From Nibricoccus sp. (lineage in GTDB: Bacteria; Verrucomicrobiota; Verrucomicrobiia; Opitutales; Opitutaceae): a stretch of DNA of 64,000 bases. Below the pieces are notes generated by a model, which worked only from the letters and a program-made list of their open reading frames with translations, ran no database searches and was not told where the DNA came from. The stretch lies in assembly GCA_047602425.1 (NCBI GenBank), contig JASGHG010000001.1, positions 1,696,001 to 1,760,000 on the forward strand, given 5' to 3'. Shown here piece by piece: positions 20,912 through 29,704 of this stretch (its first letter is position 1; every line of letters starts with the position of its first letter). Position numbers and translations under genes: made by a program.

Positions 20912-21805
20912 ATGAAACGTCTATACGCCCTACTCGCGGTGGCCGCCCTCGCGCCCGCCGCTTTTGCCGCCACCCGCAGCGTTCCTTCGCAGTATTCCAC
21001 CGTCCAAGCCGCGGTAAATGCCGCCGCCTCCGGCGACACCATCAGTATTGCCAACGGCACGTACACCGAACAAGTCACCATCCCCAGCGGGAAAAACAAC
21101 TTGAAGATTGTCGGCGCCAGCCAGACCGGTGTCATCATCACGGCCGGAGCCAACCAAAAGGCCATGGTCGTGAACGGCAACGACACCACGTTTTCGTACC
21201 TGACCATCCGTAACACGGGTGGGCTTACGGCCGGCAATACCAGCCAGGCCGTGATGGTGTACGGCAGCCGAACCGAATTCTACCGCTGCTACCTCAATGG
21301 CTATCAGGACACGATCTATCTCGGTGGCGGTCCCAACTATTTTGCCTTGAGCGAAATCCGAGGCAGCGTGGATTTCATCTACGGTGGCAGCGCGTCTTTC
21401 TTCACCTCGTGCAATATCAAGCAGATCCGTCCCACCGGCGGCCCCGCCACCGCACCCAACACCGCGCAGACGCAGACCTACGGCCTCGTCTTCAGCGGCT
21501 GTAAATTCAACAGCGGTAGCGATGTCGCCGCCGGCAGTTCCACCTTCATGCGTCCTTGGGGCCCTTACGGCGAGACTGCTATCATTAATTGCACGGTGGA
21601 TGCCAGCATCTCCGCTGCGGGCTGGAGCGCCTGGGGCGGACGCGAGGCCACTTGCCGCGCTTACGAATATGGCACCAAAACCACTTCAGGCGCCACCGTC
21701 AACCTGGCCACTCGCGCCTCTTGGGTCGTCCGCATTTCATCCAGCCAAGCTGCCACCTTCACCCGCAGCAACGTTCTCGGCGGCTGGACCCCGCCGATCC
21801 TCTAG
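20912..21805 (+). CDS. Secreted pectin methylesterase, family CE8 (copy 2)
   Basis: GTYTEQV, SQAV, GYQDTIY, GSVDFIYG, RPW. N- and C-termini are nearly identical to copy 1. Confidence 0.92.
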   Translation: MKRLYALLAVAALAPAAFAATRSVPSQYSTVQAAVNAAASGDTISIANGTYTEQVTIPSGKNNLKIVGASQTGVIITAGANQKAMVVNGNDTTFSYLTIRNTGGLTAGNTSQAVMVYGSRTEFYRCYLNGYQDTIYLGGGPNYFALSEIRGSVDFIYGGSASFFTSCNIKQIRPTGGPATAPNTAQTQTYGLVFSGCKFNSGSDVAAGSSTFMRPWGPYGETAIINCTVDASISAAGWSAWGGREATCRAYEYGTKTTSGATVNLATRASWVVRISSSQAATFTRSNVLGGWTPPIL

Positions 21806-21860
21806 AGCATATACAATAAAACTGTAGCCGTAAATCGGTATTACGAACCGAGCTGTCTTC

Positions 21861-21931
21861 GTAGGGGCGCAGTCTTGCTGCGCCCTTTCTGTGGCAAAGC
21901 CAAACCGGGCGCAGCAAGACTGCGCCCCTAC
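21861..21931. repeat. GTAG-type REP doublet (REPIN-like)
   Basis: GTAGGGGCGCAGTCTTGCTGCGCCC, a 21-nt spacer, then the exact inverted copy GGGCGCAGCAAGACTGCGCCCCTAC. Confidence 0.88.
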
Positions 21932-22002
21932 AGCTGGAGTTGTGCGGCTGTGACATTTTTTAAAAAGCTCTAGGACGAACCAACTCTTAGTTCCACGTCG
22001 TC

Positions 22003-22033
22003 AAGCGGTGGTCTCTCCGGCCACCGCTTTTTT
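22003..22033 (+). terminator. Intrinsic terminator
   Basis: AAGCGGTGGTC-tctcc-GGCCACCGCTT followed by TTTT. Confidence 0.75.
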
Positions 22034-22105
22034 CATTTCGTGGAACATGACCTCACAACCACAGAAAAGCTTCCCGTCCGAAAAAGACTCCGCCATCGTG
22101 GCCCG

Positions 22106-22795
22106 ATGAACGTCCATGTCCTACAACACGCTTCGTTCGAAGGCCTCGCAGCCATCGCGCCGCTGCTCGCCGCTCGCCACGCAAAAATTTCGACCACTCG
22201 TTTTTTTGAAAATTCCACACTTCCGCCGCTCCACGACTTCGATCTGGTCATCGCGATGGGCGGCCCGATGAGCGTAAACGACGAAGCCGAACATCCGTGG
22301 CTTGTCGCCGAGAAACAATTCATCCGCGACGCCGTACGGCGTGGCACGCCCGTGCTCGGCGTTTGCCTCGGTGCACAACTCATCGCCAGCGCCCTCGGCG
22401 CCCGCGTTTATCGCAACGCTCAAAAAGAAATCGGCTGGTTTCCGGTCGAAGCCGTGCCCGTTGTTGCCGGTAGCACTGGGTTTTGCTTTCCTGCCAGGCT
22501 CGACGTCTTTCACTGGCATGGCGAGACCTTCGACCTTCCGCCCGGCGCTACGCACCTCGCCCGCAGTGCCGCCTGCAAACATCAGGCCTTCCAAGTCGGC
22601 CGCCGCACGCTCGCCCTTCAATTCCATCTCGAAGTCACACCCGCCGCCGTTCAGGCCTTCGTCGATCATTGTGGAAACGAACTGCGCCACGCGCCTTTCA
22701 TCCAACCCAAGCCCGACCTCCTCGCCGCTCCTCCCGCCACCTACAACGAGGCCAATGCCTGGATGGGACGTGTGATCGATTATCTTGTTGAATAA
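22106..22795 (+). CDS. Class I glutamine amidotransferase-like protein
   Basis: MGGPMSV, LGVCLGAQL, EIGW, FHWHGETF, LQFHLE (Cys-His-Glu triad). Confidence 0.92.
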   Translation: MNVHVLQHASFEGLAAIAPLLAARHAKISTTRFFENSTLPPLHDFDLVIAMGGPMSVNDEAEHPWLVAEKQFIRDAVRRGTPVLGVCLGAQLIASALGARVYRNAQKEIGWFPVEAVPVVAGSTGFCFPARLDVFHWHGETFDLPPGATHLARSAACKHQAFQVGRRTLALQFHLEVTPAAVQAFVDHCGNELRHAPFIQPKPDLLAAPPATYNEANAWMGRVIDYLVE

Positions 22796-22862
22796 ACACC
22801 TTCGCATCGTTGCCAAAAACCAGTAACGCTGCCGCCCTCGCCGGTGTTATCATCATATACAC

Positions 22863-23072
22863 ATGAAAGTCATTGGCCTGTTTCTTCTTTGGTGTCTTCT
22901 ACTCGCGGTCTGCTGGCCGCTGGCTTTGTTCGCACTCCTTCTCGCACCCATCGTCTGGATCATCGCCCTTCCCTTCCGGTTGCTTGGCGTCTGCGTGCGC
23001 GCTACGTTTGCGTTGGTCGCGAGCATCCTCTTCCTCCCGTCGCGCCTTCTCGGCGGCAATCGCCACGCCTGA
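22863..23072 (+). CDS. Small hydrophobic membrane protein
   Basis: 69 aa, almost entirely hydrophobic (CWPLAL...PIVWIIALPFRLLG...LFLPSRLLG). Confidence 0.7.
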   Translation: MKVIGLFLLWCLLLAVCWPLALFALLLAPIVWIIALPFRLLGVCVRATFALVASILFLPSRLLGGNRHA

Positions 23073-23177
23073 GCCGAATAGGCCGCAATCTCTAATTTTT
23101 ATTCCTGAGGGAATGCGTGCCGTGGAGAGCGCATCGCGGCATCTCCAATCGAAAATGCCATTGGCACACAACAATCG

Positions 23178-23927
23178 CTAGCGCAGCCGGTCGAGGCTTA
23201 GGGCAAAATCCTCCGGCAGCGGACAGGCAATGGCCACTTCGGCTTTCGTCATCGGATGCACGAATGCGAGCGATGCCGCATGCAGCATCACTCGCTGGAA
23301 CCGCAACTGTGCGCCAGAGCCAAGTCGGACCGATACCGGCCCGCCGTACAATTCGTCGCCCAAAATCGGATGTCCGCATTCCGTCAAATGCACGCGAATC
23401 TGGTGCGTGCGACCTGTGTGCGGCTTCGCCTCGATCAACACCACGTCGTGAAAACGTTCCAACTCGCGAAAGCTGGTATGGGCTGGATCGCCCCCGCTGC
23501 GCACGGCCCCAAATTTATTCGCCTTCGCCACGCGCCCGATAACCCCGAGGTAATTTTTCACCTCCCAGGAATCCGGGCAGCCGGTGCCCAACAGCGCAAG
23601 GGCCTGATAGGTTTTCTGTGCGACTTTGCCGGCAAAGAGTGCGCCTACCCCGGCATTGGCTTTCTGGTTTTTCGACAAAAGCAGGACGCCCGTCGTATCG
23701 CGGTCCAATCGATGATGCAGCGCCAGATAGGGTTCGCGTCCGTCGCGTCGCTGGAGGAATTTCTTCACCTCTGAAAATACGCTCGGCCGCGCGGCATCGA
23801 GCGTAGGCTGGGTCGGCAATCCCGCTGGTTTGTCGATTGCTATCAGCCATTCGTCCTCGAACAAAATTCGTCCCTGCGACCAGGCAGCGTTGGAGGAAGC
23901 GGATTGGCTGAACGTGGGCTGAGCCAT
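23178..23927 (-). CDS. RluA/RluD-family pseudouridine synthase
   Basis: IDKPAGL, HRLDRDTTG (catalytic Asp), KTYQA, TGRTHQIRVH, GHPILGDELY, MLHA. Start uncertain (23927-23942). Confidence 0.93.
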   Translation of the reverse strand: MAQPTFSQSASSNAAWSQGRILFEDEWLIAIDKPAGLPTQPTLDAARPSVFSEVKKFLQRRDGREPYLALHHRLDRDTTGVLLLSKNQKANAGVGALFAGKVAQKTYQALALLGTGCPDSWEVKNYLGVIGRVAKANKFGAVRSGGDPAHTSFRELERFHDVVLIEAKPHTGRTHQIRVHLTECGHPILGDELYGGPVSVRLGSGAQLRFQRVMLHAASLAFVHPMTKAEVAIACPLPEDFALSLDRLR

Positions 23928-24418
23928 GTTGTCCGGCATCATGAATAAATCTCGATCTAAAGACAAGGATTCCGCAACCGCTCGTGACCGCTCATATCGC
24001 GCCATGAATCTGTGAACATAACAGACGCGAACACCATCCATTTTACCTTCGCCTGAGGATGCTCAAGCTGTCTTTGCACAAACAATATACCACCTCCAAG
24101 GAACCGCAGCCAATTCTTATGCCAAAGCGCCGGACACCTCGCCTTGCTGATATCGACATATACCAAAAAGCGCGTCGCTAAAAGATGGTCGAATTTCGCC
24201 GCTCGGCCCATGTCGTTTGGGATCGCCAGAATAGCGTTCGTGCCTTCTGCACAGCAACGCCATTACCAACTCGCATCGGCGAAACTTTTCTACCCCAAAA
24301 AAAACATGGGAGTTTTTCCCATTCCAACTATCCGGCAGCCAACCCGCCGCACTATGGTGAAGCCGCGGTACGAATCAGGAGTCTTCGTGATCACGCTGTT
24401 TGAAAAAGGTTCGTGGAA

Positions 24419-24610
24419 GGTCGGTTGCCGGTCGCAGATCGGTCGTGTAGACGCGAAAGCGCCGTCCCGATTGGGCCCCGCACCCCGCGGTGCATTTATT
24501 TGCAAATCGACGGCAAGTTAGCGGTTCCAATTGGCCCTATCCGCCGTCCAAACAACAAAGCCCGGGCACCACTTCGCAATCTTGCGGTCTGTCTCCGACA
24601 ACAACCGACC
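24419..24610. ncRNA. Candidate ~190-nt rod-shaped structured RNA (6S-like architecture); strand unresolved
   Basis: Nested complementary pairs GGTCGGTTG/CAACCGACC, GCAGATCG/CGGTCTGT, GCGAA/TTCGC, GGGC/GCCC, an internal bubble, and a terminal stem GACGGC/GCCGTC, in a ~790-nt gap without a credible CDS. Confidence 0.5.
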
Positions 24611-24714
24611 CCTATGTTCGCGGCAAATGGCGGCACGCTCTTTCCAATTTTCAGCCTCAACCGTACCCCCAGTGGCACAACTTAAACATATCTGAAAACC
24701 AAAGCTCGTTTCCT

Positions 24715-25296
24715 ATGAAAAATACCCATCCATCGAAAATCAACGGATCGGCCATGCCGGCCATCTTGCTCACCATCGCCCTCGTCATCGTTTCGGCTGT
24801 GCTTTGGACCAAAGCCCGCTCCGCCGATACCAAGGCCCGTGAAGCCAACTCGCAGCTCGCTCAGGTGCAATCCGACAATGCCCAGCTGAACTCCAAACTA
24901 TCCGCCACCACTAATCAGCTGACAAGCCTTCAACAAGAATTGGACACGTTCAAGGCCAGCAGCGAACAACTGAAAACCGCGGCGGATGAAGCCAAAACCA
25001 GCGCCGACCAGCTGCAAAACAAACTCAACGAAGCCAACTCAAACTATGCTTTGTTGAAAGACCAGCTCGAAGAATTCTCGACCAAGTCGAAAGATCTTCA
25101 GGCCCAGGCCAGCACCGCCGAAGCCAGTGTCGCCCGACTCCAAAGCGAACGCGACCAAGCCATGGCCGATACCGCCACGTTCCAAAAACAAATGGAAAGC
25201 GCCAAGGAACAGCTGGCCGCCCTTCAGTCGAAACTGCAATCCACGCAAAGCGACCTCGCCGAAGCGCAAAAGGCCGTTGCCAAGAAAAAACGGTAA
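24715..25296 (+). CDS. Membrane-anchored coiled-coil protein
   Basis: One TM segment (AILLTIALVIVSAVLW) followed by ~150 aa of Q/A/K/L heptad-rich sequence. Confidence 0.8.
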   Translation: MKNTHPSKINGSAMPAILLTIALVIVSAVLWTKARSADTKAREANSQLAQVQSDNAQLNSKLSATTNQLTSLQQELDTFKASSEQLKTAADEAKTSADQLQNKLNEANSNYALLKDQLEEFSTKSKDLQAQASTAEASVARLQSERDQAMADTATFQKQMESAKEQLAALQSKLQSTQSDLAEAQKAVAKKKR

Positions 25297-25323
25297 ATTC
25301 CCTCCAACATCGTACCTCAACAT

Positions 25324-25351
25324 GGCGGTCCCACAACGGGCCGCCTTTTTT
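25324..25351 (+). terminator. Intrinsic terminator
   Basis: GGCGGTCC-cacaac-GGGCCGCC-TTTTTT. Confidence 0.75.
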
Positions 25352-25449
25352 GCGCCAGAACAAGATCCAAACGCACAACGATTTTTCCGCAACCATTCGC
25401 TTCCAGTAAATGCTTTACCGTTTCTTCCCTGACGCTATTGATTCAGTCC

Positions 25450-27420
25450 ATGAAGCTCAAGATTCTGGCTCTGAGTTTGGCAGTATTACAAGTATCGGTG
25501 CGGGGCGCTGGTATTTTACCCATCGAGGATTTCGCCCGACCGGCGAAAGTCTCCCATATGACCGTTTCGCCGGATGGCCAGTGCCTCGCCGCCCTACGGG
25601 ACGTCAATGGGCTTAAATTCGTATTTTTTAGCGATCCGAAAGTGATCGAGTGGCGCGGCTTCGAAGTGGGTTCGTCGCAACTCATTCCAGCCACCCGGGA
25701 AATCGTTTGGTATCGCTGGCTGGGTTCCAAACGTCTGCTACTGGGCATCAGCGCTTGGAACCTGCTTGAAGGAACCGCAGCGGTAGATCGCGATGGCTCC
25801 AATTGGCAGCCTATGACGGGTATGGTCGACTATGGCTCCGGCATTCGCATCAACTACGAACCCATTCTCGCCTTCGAGATGCTCCACAGCTTCAACAATA
25901 ACCGCGATGTGCTGATGCTCGACGAGCGCGTGTTTAGCGGCAAAGAACGCCTTTACCCGCATGTCATGAAACTGGATTCGAATGACGCGTCTGGAAAAAT
26001 CATTGTGCGCAATCCTGGGAATGTGACGGATTGGCTAACTGATCGCAATGGCATCGTCCGAGCGGGCATCCAACAGATTGAGGACAAATCGGCGATTCTC
26101 TATCGACCCAATGAAAATAGCGATTGGACCAAGTTAGGGGAATTGGAGGCCGAAAATGCTTTTCTCCATGGCTTCTCAGCTAACAACGCGAGCATCTATC
26201 TTAGTACTACGACTGAAAAAAACGACTGCACGGCACTTTATGCGTTCGACATTGAAAAACGTTCCCTCGGCGAAGCATTGCTGACATTACCCAGCTACGA
26301 CGTTGAGTACCGCAATTCAGGATCTGAGACCGGGGCGAAATGGTCAAAGGCCAAGGGGAAATTTGTTTACTTTAACTACGTGGAAGAACTACCCGGTGTG
26401 AAATGGCTGGACGAGGACATCGAAGCCAAAATGGAAGCAATCAACCGACGCCTGCCGGACACCTTCAACCTGCCGGTAAGCTTCTCCGATGACGGAATGC
26501 TGATGTTGATCTTCGGTCGCTCGGATCGCAATCCGGGGGCCTATTATCTCTACAATCAGTTTACACGAAAACTTTCTCCCATTGCGCGCCTCATGCCCTG
26601 GATCGAACCCGAGCAAATGGCACCCATGAAACCGATCAAATACTCCGCACGCGACGGTCTCGAAATCCACGGTTATCTTACCTTGCCTAACGGTGTGGAA
26701 CCGACAAATCTTCCGCTCATCGTCATGCCGCACGGCGGACCCTGGGTGCGCGATAATTGGGAATTCGATCCCTTGGTACAAATGCTCGCAAACCGGGGTT
26801 ACGCCGTCTTGCAGATGAATTATCGTGGATCCTCAGGTTATGGGCATGCCTTTTATAAGAAAGGCCAGAAACAAGTGGGCGGCACGATTCAGTGTGACAT
26901 TGAAGATGGGACACGCTGGGCCATCCAGACCAAGCTCGCCGATCCCAAGCGCATTGCCATCGTCGGCGCCAGCTACGGTGGCTACTCCGCTCTTTATGCC
27001 CTCGGTAAAAGCCCTGACCTCTATCGCTGCGGCATCTCCCTTTGTGGCGTCACCGACTGGGTTTCCATCTTCACCAATCTCGATGACCCCGAATACAAAT
27101 TCTCTCGTATCCATTGGATCAAATCGATTGGCGACCCCGAGGCCGATGTTGAAAAATTAAAAGCGATTTCACCGGTTAACTTTGCCCAATCCATCACCGC
27201 GCCCGTGTTGATCATCCAAGGAAAAAACGACCGCATTGTTCCGCCCAAACAGGCGAAGAAAATGGTCACCGCCTTGGAAAAGGCCGGTCGAAAACCCCAG
27301 TCCCTCTTCCTCCCCGATGAAGGCCACGGCAGCAAAACTGAAAAAGGTCGCATCGCGGAATTCAAAGCCATCGAGGCCTTTTTAGCCAAGCATCTCGGTG
27401 CCGAAAAAACGGCAAACTAG
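25450..27420 (+). CDS. S9 family (prolyl oligopeptidase-like) peptidase, exported
   Basis: PHGGPW, NYRGSSGYG, GASYGG (nucleophile), QGKNDRIV, EGHG; N-terminal propeller-like region. Confidence 0.93.
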   Translation: MKLKILALSLAVLQVSVRGAGILPIEDFARPAKVSHMTVSPDGQCLAALRDVNGLKFVFFSDPKVIEWRGFEVGSSQLIPATREIVWYRWLGSKRLLLGISAWNLLEGTAAVDRDGSNWQPMTGMVDYGSGIRINYEPILAFEMLHSFNNNRDVLMLDERVFSGKERLYPHVMKLDSNDASGKIIVRNPGNVTDWLTDRNGIVRAGIQQIEDKSAILYRPNENSDWTKLGELEAENAFLHGFSANNASIYLSTTTEKNDCTALYAFDIEKRSLGEALLTLPSYDVEYRNSGSETGAKWSKAKGKFVYFNYVEELPGVKWLDEDIEAKMEAINRRLPDTFNLPVSFSDDGMLMLIFGRSDRNPGAYYLYNQFTRKLSPIARLMPWIEPEQMAPMKPIKYSARDGLEIHGYLTLPNGVEPTNLPLIVMPHGGPWVRDNWEFDPLVQMLANRGYAVLQMNYRGSSGYGHAFYKKGQKQVGGTIQCDIEDGTRWAIQTKLADPKRIAIVGASYGGYSALYALGKSPDLYRCGISLCGVTDWVSIFTNLDDPEYKFSRIHWIKSIGDPEADVEKLKAISPVNFAQSITAPVLIIQGKNDRIVPPKQAKKMVTALEKAGRKPQSLFLPDEGHGSKTEKGRIAEFKAIEAFLAKHLGAEKTAN

Positions 27421-27482
27421 CATCGGCAAGCCCGCCTGTCCAAGCTTGCCCACCCAGCCGCCACCGGGCAGACTCGCGAGCG

Positions 27483-28799
27483 ATGCAATACGAGATCGTC
27501 TGGCCCGCGTGGATCGTCGCCGGGCTGCTTACCCTGCTGTTTTTCTGGCTTATGCTTCGCGCCGGTCGCCGCCTGCGCTTCCTCGCCGACACTCCCACCT
27601 CCAAAACCCGGGGTGTTTTCATCGGTCAGGTCGAACTTTCCGGCAGCGCCAAAATCGCCCCGCCGCTTCGCAGCTTTCTGGCCGGAACCGAATGCGTTTG
27701 GTATCGCTACACCGTCGAGGAGGAATGGGAACGCTGGGAAACTGAAACGTACACCGACAAAGATGGAAAAACCCAAAGCCGGCGTGTCCGCAAAAGCGGT
27801 TGGACCCAGATCGACAATGGCGGCGAGACTCCGGCATTTTTCCTCGAGGACGAAACTGGCGCCGTGCGCGTGCAGCCTGAAGGCGCGCAAATCGATTCCA
27901 TCACGGTTTTCTCCGAAACGGTGCATCGGGGCGATGCGTTGTATTTCCAAAAAGGTCCTGCGGCCGAAATCGCCGATTCCAACGGCAAGCGCCGTTTCAG
28001 CGAGCAAGCCATCCCGCTCGATGCCAGAATTTTCATCGCTGGCCGCGCCCGCGAACGCGCCGATGTGGTCGCCCCCGAGATCGCCGCCGATCGCGCACAA
28101 GAGCTCTTCATGATTTCGTGCAAAGGCGAAAGCAGCCTTCTCAGCGGCTATCGCTGGAAGTTCTGGATCTTCGGCGTGCTCATGCTCGCCGCTTTACCCA
28201 TCGCCTCGTTTATCCAGTCGTCCTCCGCTAACGAACCAGCCAACATCGCCGTCGTCTCCATCCTCGCGGGTGTACTGCTCCTTGTCTGGCTGATTGGCTG
28301 GCTTTGGATGGCTTTCAACAGCCTCGTCGGCCTGCGTAATCGCACCTCGCAAGGCTGGTCGCTGATCGATGTACAACTGAAGCGTCGCGCCGATCTAATC
28401 CCGAGGCTGGTCGAGGTCGTCAAAGGATTGCGCGATCATGAGCGCAACGTGCAAACCGAAGTCGCCGCGCTGCGCAGCCAGACCGTCGCCACCCCACCCG
28501 GGCAACCCGGACCCGATCTCGCCGGTGCGAAACCACTTATAATCGCCATAGCGGAGCGATATCCAGAACTTAAATCCAGCGACGCCTTTCTGCGCCTCCA
28601 ACGCGAACTCTCCGACACCGAAACCCGCATCGCCCTCGCCCGGGACTACTATAATTCCATCGCAACCCATTTGAACACGCGCCTTGAGATTATCCCTGAC
28701 TGCTGGTTCGCTCCGCTCGCTGGGCTGCGTCACCAGCCCCTGCTCGCCGTCGAGAGCTTCGAGCGCGCTCCCGTCAAAATCGACTTATCAACTTCATGA
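27483..28799 (+). CDS. GIDE-like domain + LemA fusion membrane protein
   Basis: N-terminal DTPTSK...VELSG...CVWYRY...FFLEDETGAVRVQPEGA; C-terminal WSLIDVQLKRRADLIPRLV, AERYPELKS, LSDTETRIALARDYYN. Confidence 0.85.
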   Translation: MQYEIVWPAWIVAGLLTLLFFWLMLRAGRRLRFLADTPTSKTRGVFIGQVELSGSAKIAPPLRSFLAGTECVWYRYTVEEEWERWETETYTDKDGKTQSRRVRKSGWTQIDNGGETPAFFLEDETGAVRVQPEGAQIDSITVFSETVHRGDALYFQKGPAAEIADSNGKRRFSEQAIPLDARIFIAGRARERADVVAPEIAADRAQELFMISCKGESSLLSGYRWKFWIFGVLMLAALPIASFIQSSSANEPANIAVVSILAGVLLLVWLIGWLWMAFNSLVGLRNRTSQGWSLIDVQLKRRADLIPRLVEVVKGLRDHERNVQTEVAALRSQTVATPPGQPGPDLAGAKPLIIAIAERYPELKSSDAFLRLQRELSDTETRIALARDYYNSIATHLNTRLEIIPDCWFAPLAGLRHQPLLAVESFERAPVKIDLSTS

Positions 28800-29650
28800 A
28801 ACTTTCGGCATTCATCCTGTTTTCTGCGCTAACCGGCATTCTCGCGCCGACTTCTTTCGCCACGGGCGCGTCCGACGAGCATCTTGCAGCGACCCGCAAG
28901 CGCATGCCCGACGACTTTACCCTCGTTGAAGAACCGCCTTTCGTCATCGTCAGTGATCAGGACGATCGCGGGCAGAACATGGCCGTGCAAACCGTGCGGT
29001 GGGCCGTGGTGCGTTTGAAAAAGGATTTCTTCGCGAAGGATCCTACCGAAACCATCGATATCTGGATTTTCAAAAACAAGAAAAGCTACGAGCACAACAC
29101 ACGAGAGGTTTTCCACGAAGTGCCCATTTCTCCATTTGGCTACTATTCCCCGAAGGAACACGCCTTGCTCATCAGCATTGCGCAAGGCGGCGGCACCCTT
29201 GTTCACGAAATTGTGCATCCTTTCATGCGCGCGAATTTTCCCCGTTGCCCGACATGGTTCGACGAGGGCCTGGCCTCGCTTTTCGAACAATGCATCGATC
29301 GCAAGGGGCATATCGCGGGCGAGATAAACTGGCGCCTTCCCGGGCTTCAGGAGACGATTCGCGCAGGCAAAACGCTCTCATTCCAGGAACTGACCGCGCT
29401 CAGCCCAACCGAGTTCTACGCCAGCGATGGAAATTCTGAATACAACAAGCACTACGGCCAGGCCCGCTACCTTTGCTACTACCTGCAAGAGCAAGGTCTT
29501 CTCGTAAAGTTCTTCAAAGAATTCGTTGCCAATGCCGACAAAGATCCCACCGGCTACGCCACGCTTCAGCACGTGCTTGGCGTCGACGACATGGCCGCCT
29601 TTCAGAAAAAATGGGAGGCTTTCATCCTTGCCCTTCCCGCGCCAAAATAG
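28796..29650 (+). CDS. Exported zincin-like (HExxH) hypothetical protein
   Basis: LVHEIVH...PTWFDEGLASLFE (HExxH plus a downstream Glu). ATGA overlap with the upstream gene. Confidence 0.8.
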   Translation: MKLSAFILFSALTGILAPTSFATGASDEHLAATRKRMPDDFTLVEEPPFVIVSDQDDRGQNMAVQTVRWAVVRLKKDFFAKDPTETIDIWIFKNKKSYEHNTREVFHEVPISPFGYYSPKEHALLISIAQGGGTLVHEIVHPFMRANFPRCPTWFDEGLASLFEQCIDRKGHIAGEINWRLPGLQETIRAGKTLSFQELTALSPTEFYASDGNSEYNKHYGQARYLCYYLQEQGLLVKFFKEFVANADKDPTGYATLQHVLGVDDMAAFQKKWEAFILALPAPK

Positions 29651-29704
29651 TCGCCGCAACATCTGCAACCCCGATCCCAGCCAAACGTCTTTCCTTCGCC
29701 TTCC

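Noticed and set aside
24144..24685. Short ORFs in the RluA to coiled-coil gene gap, including the extension of the 24715 gene to 24490
   Set aside because: No motifs and atypical composition; the region is better explained as non-coding with a structured element.
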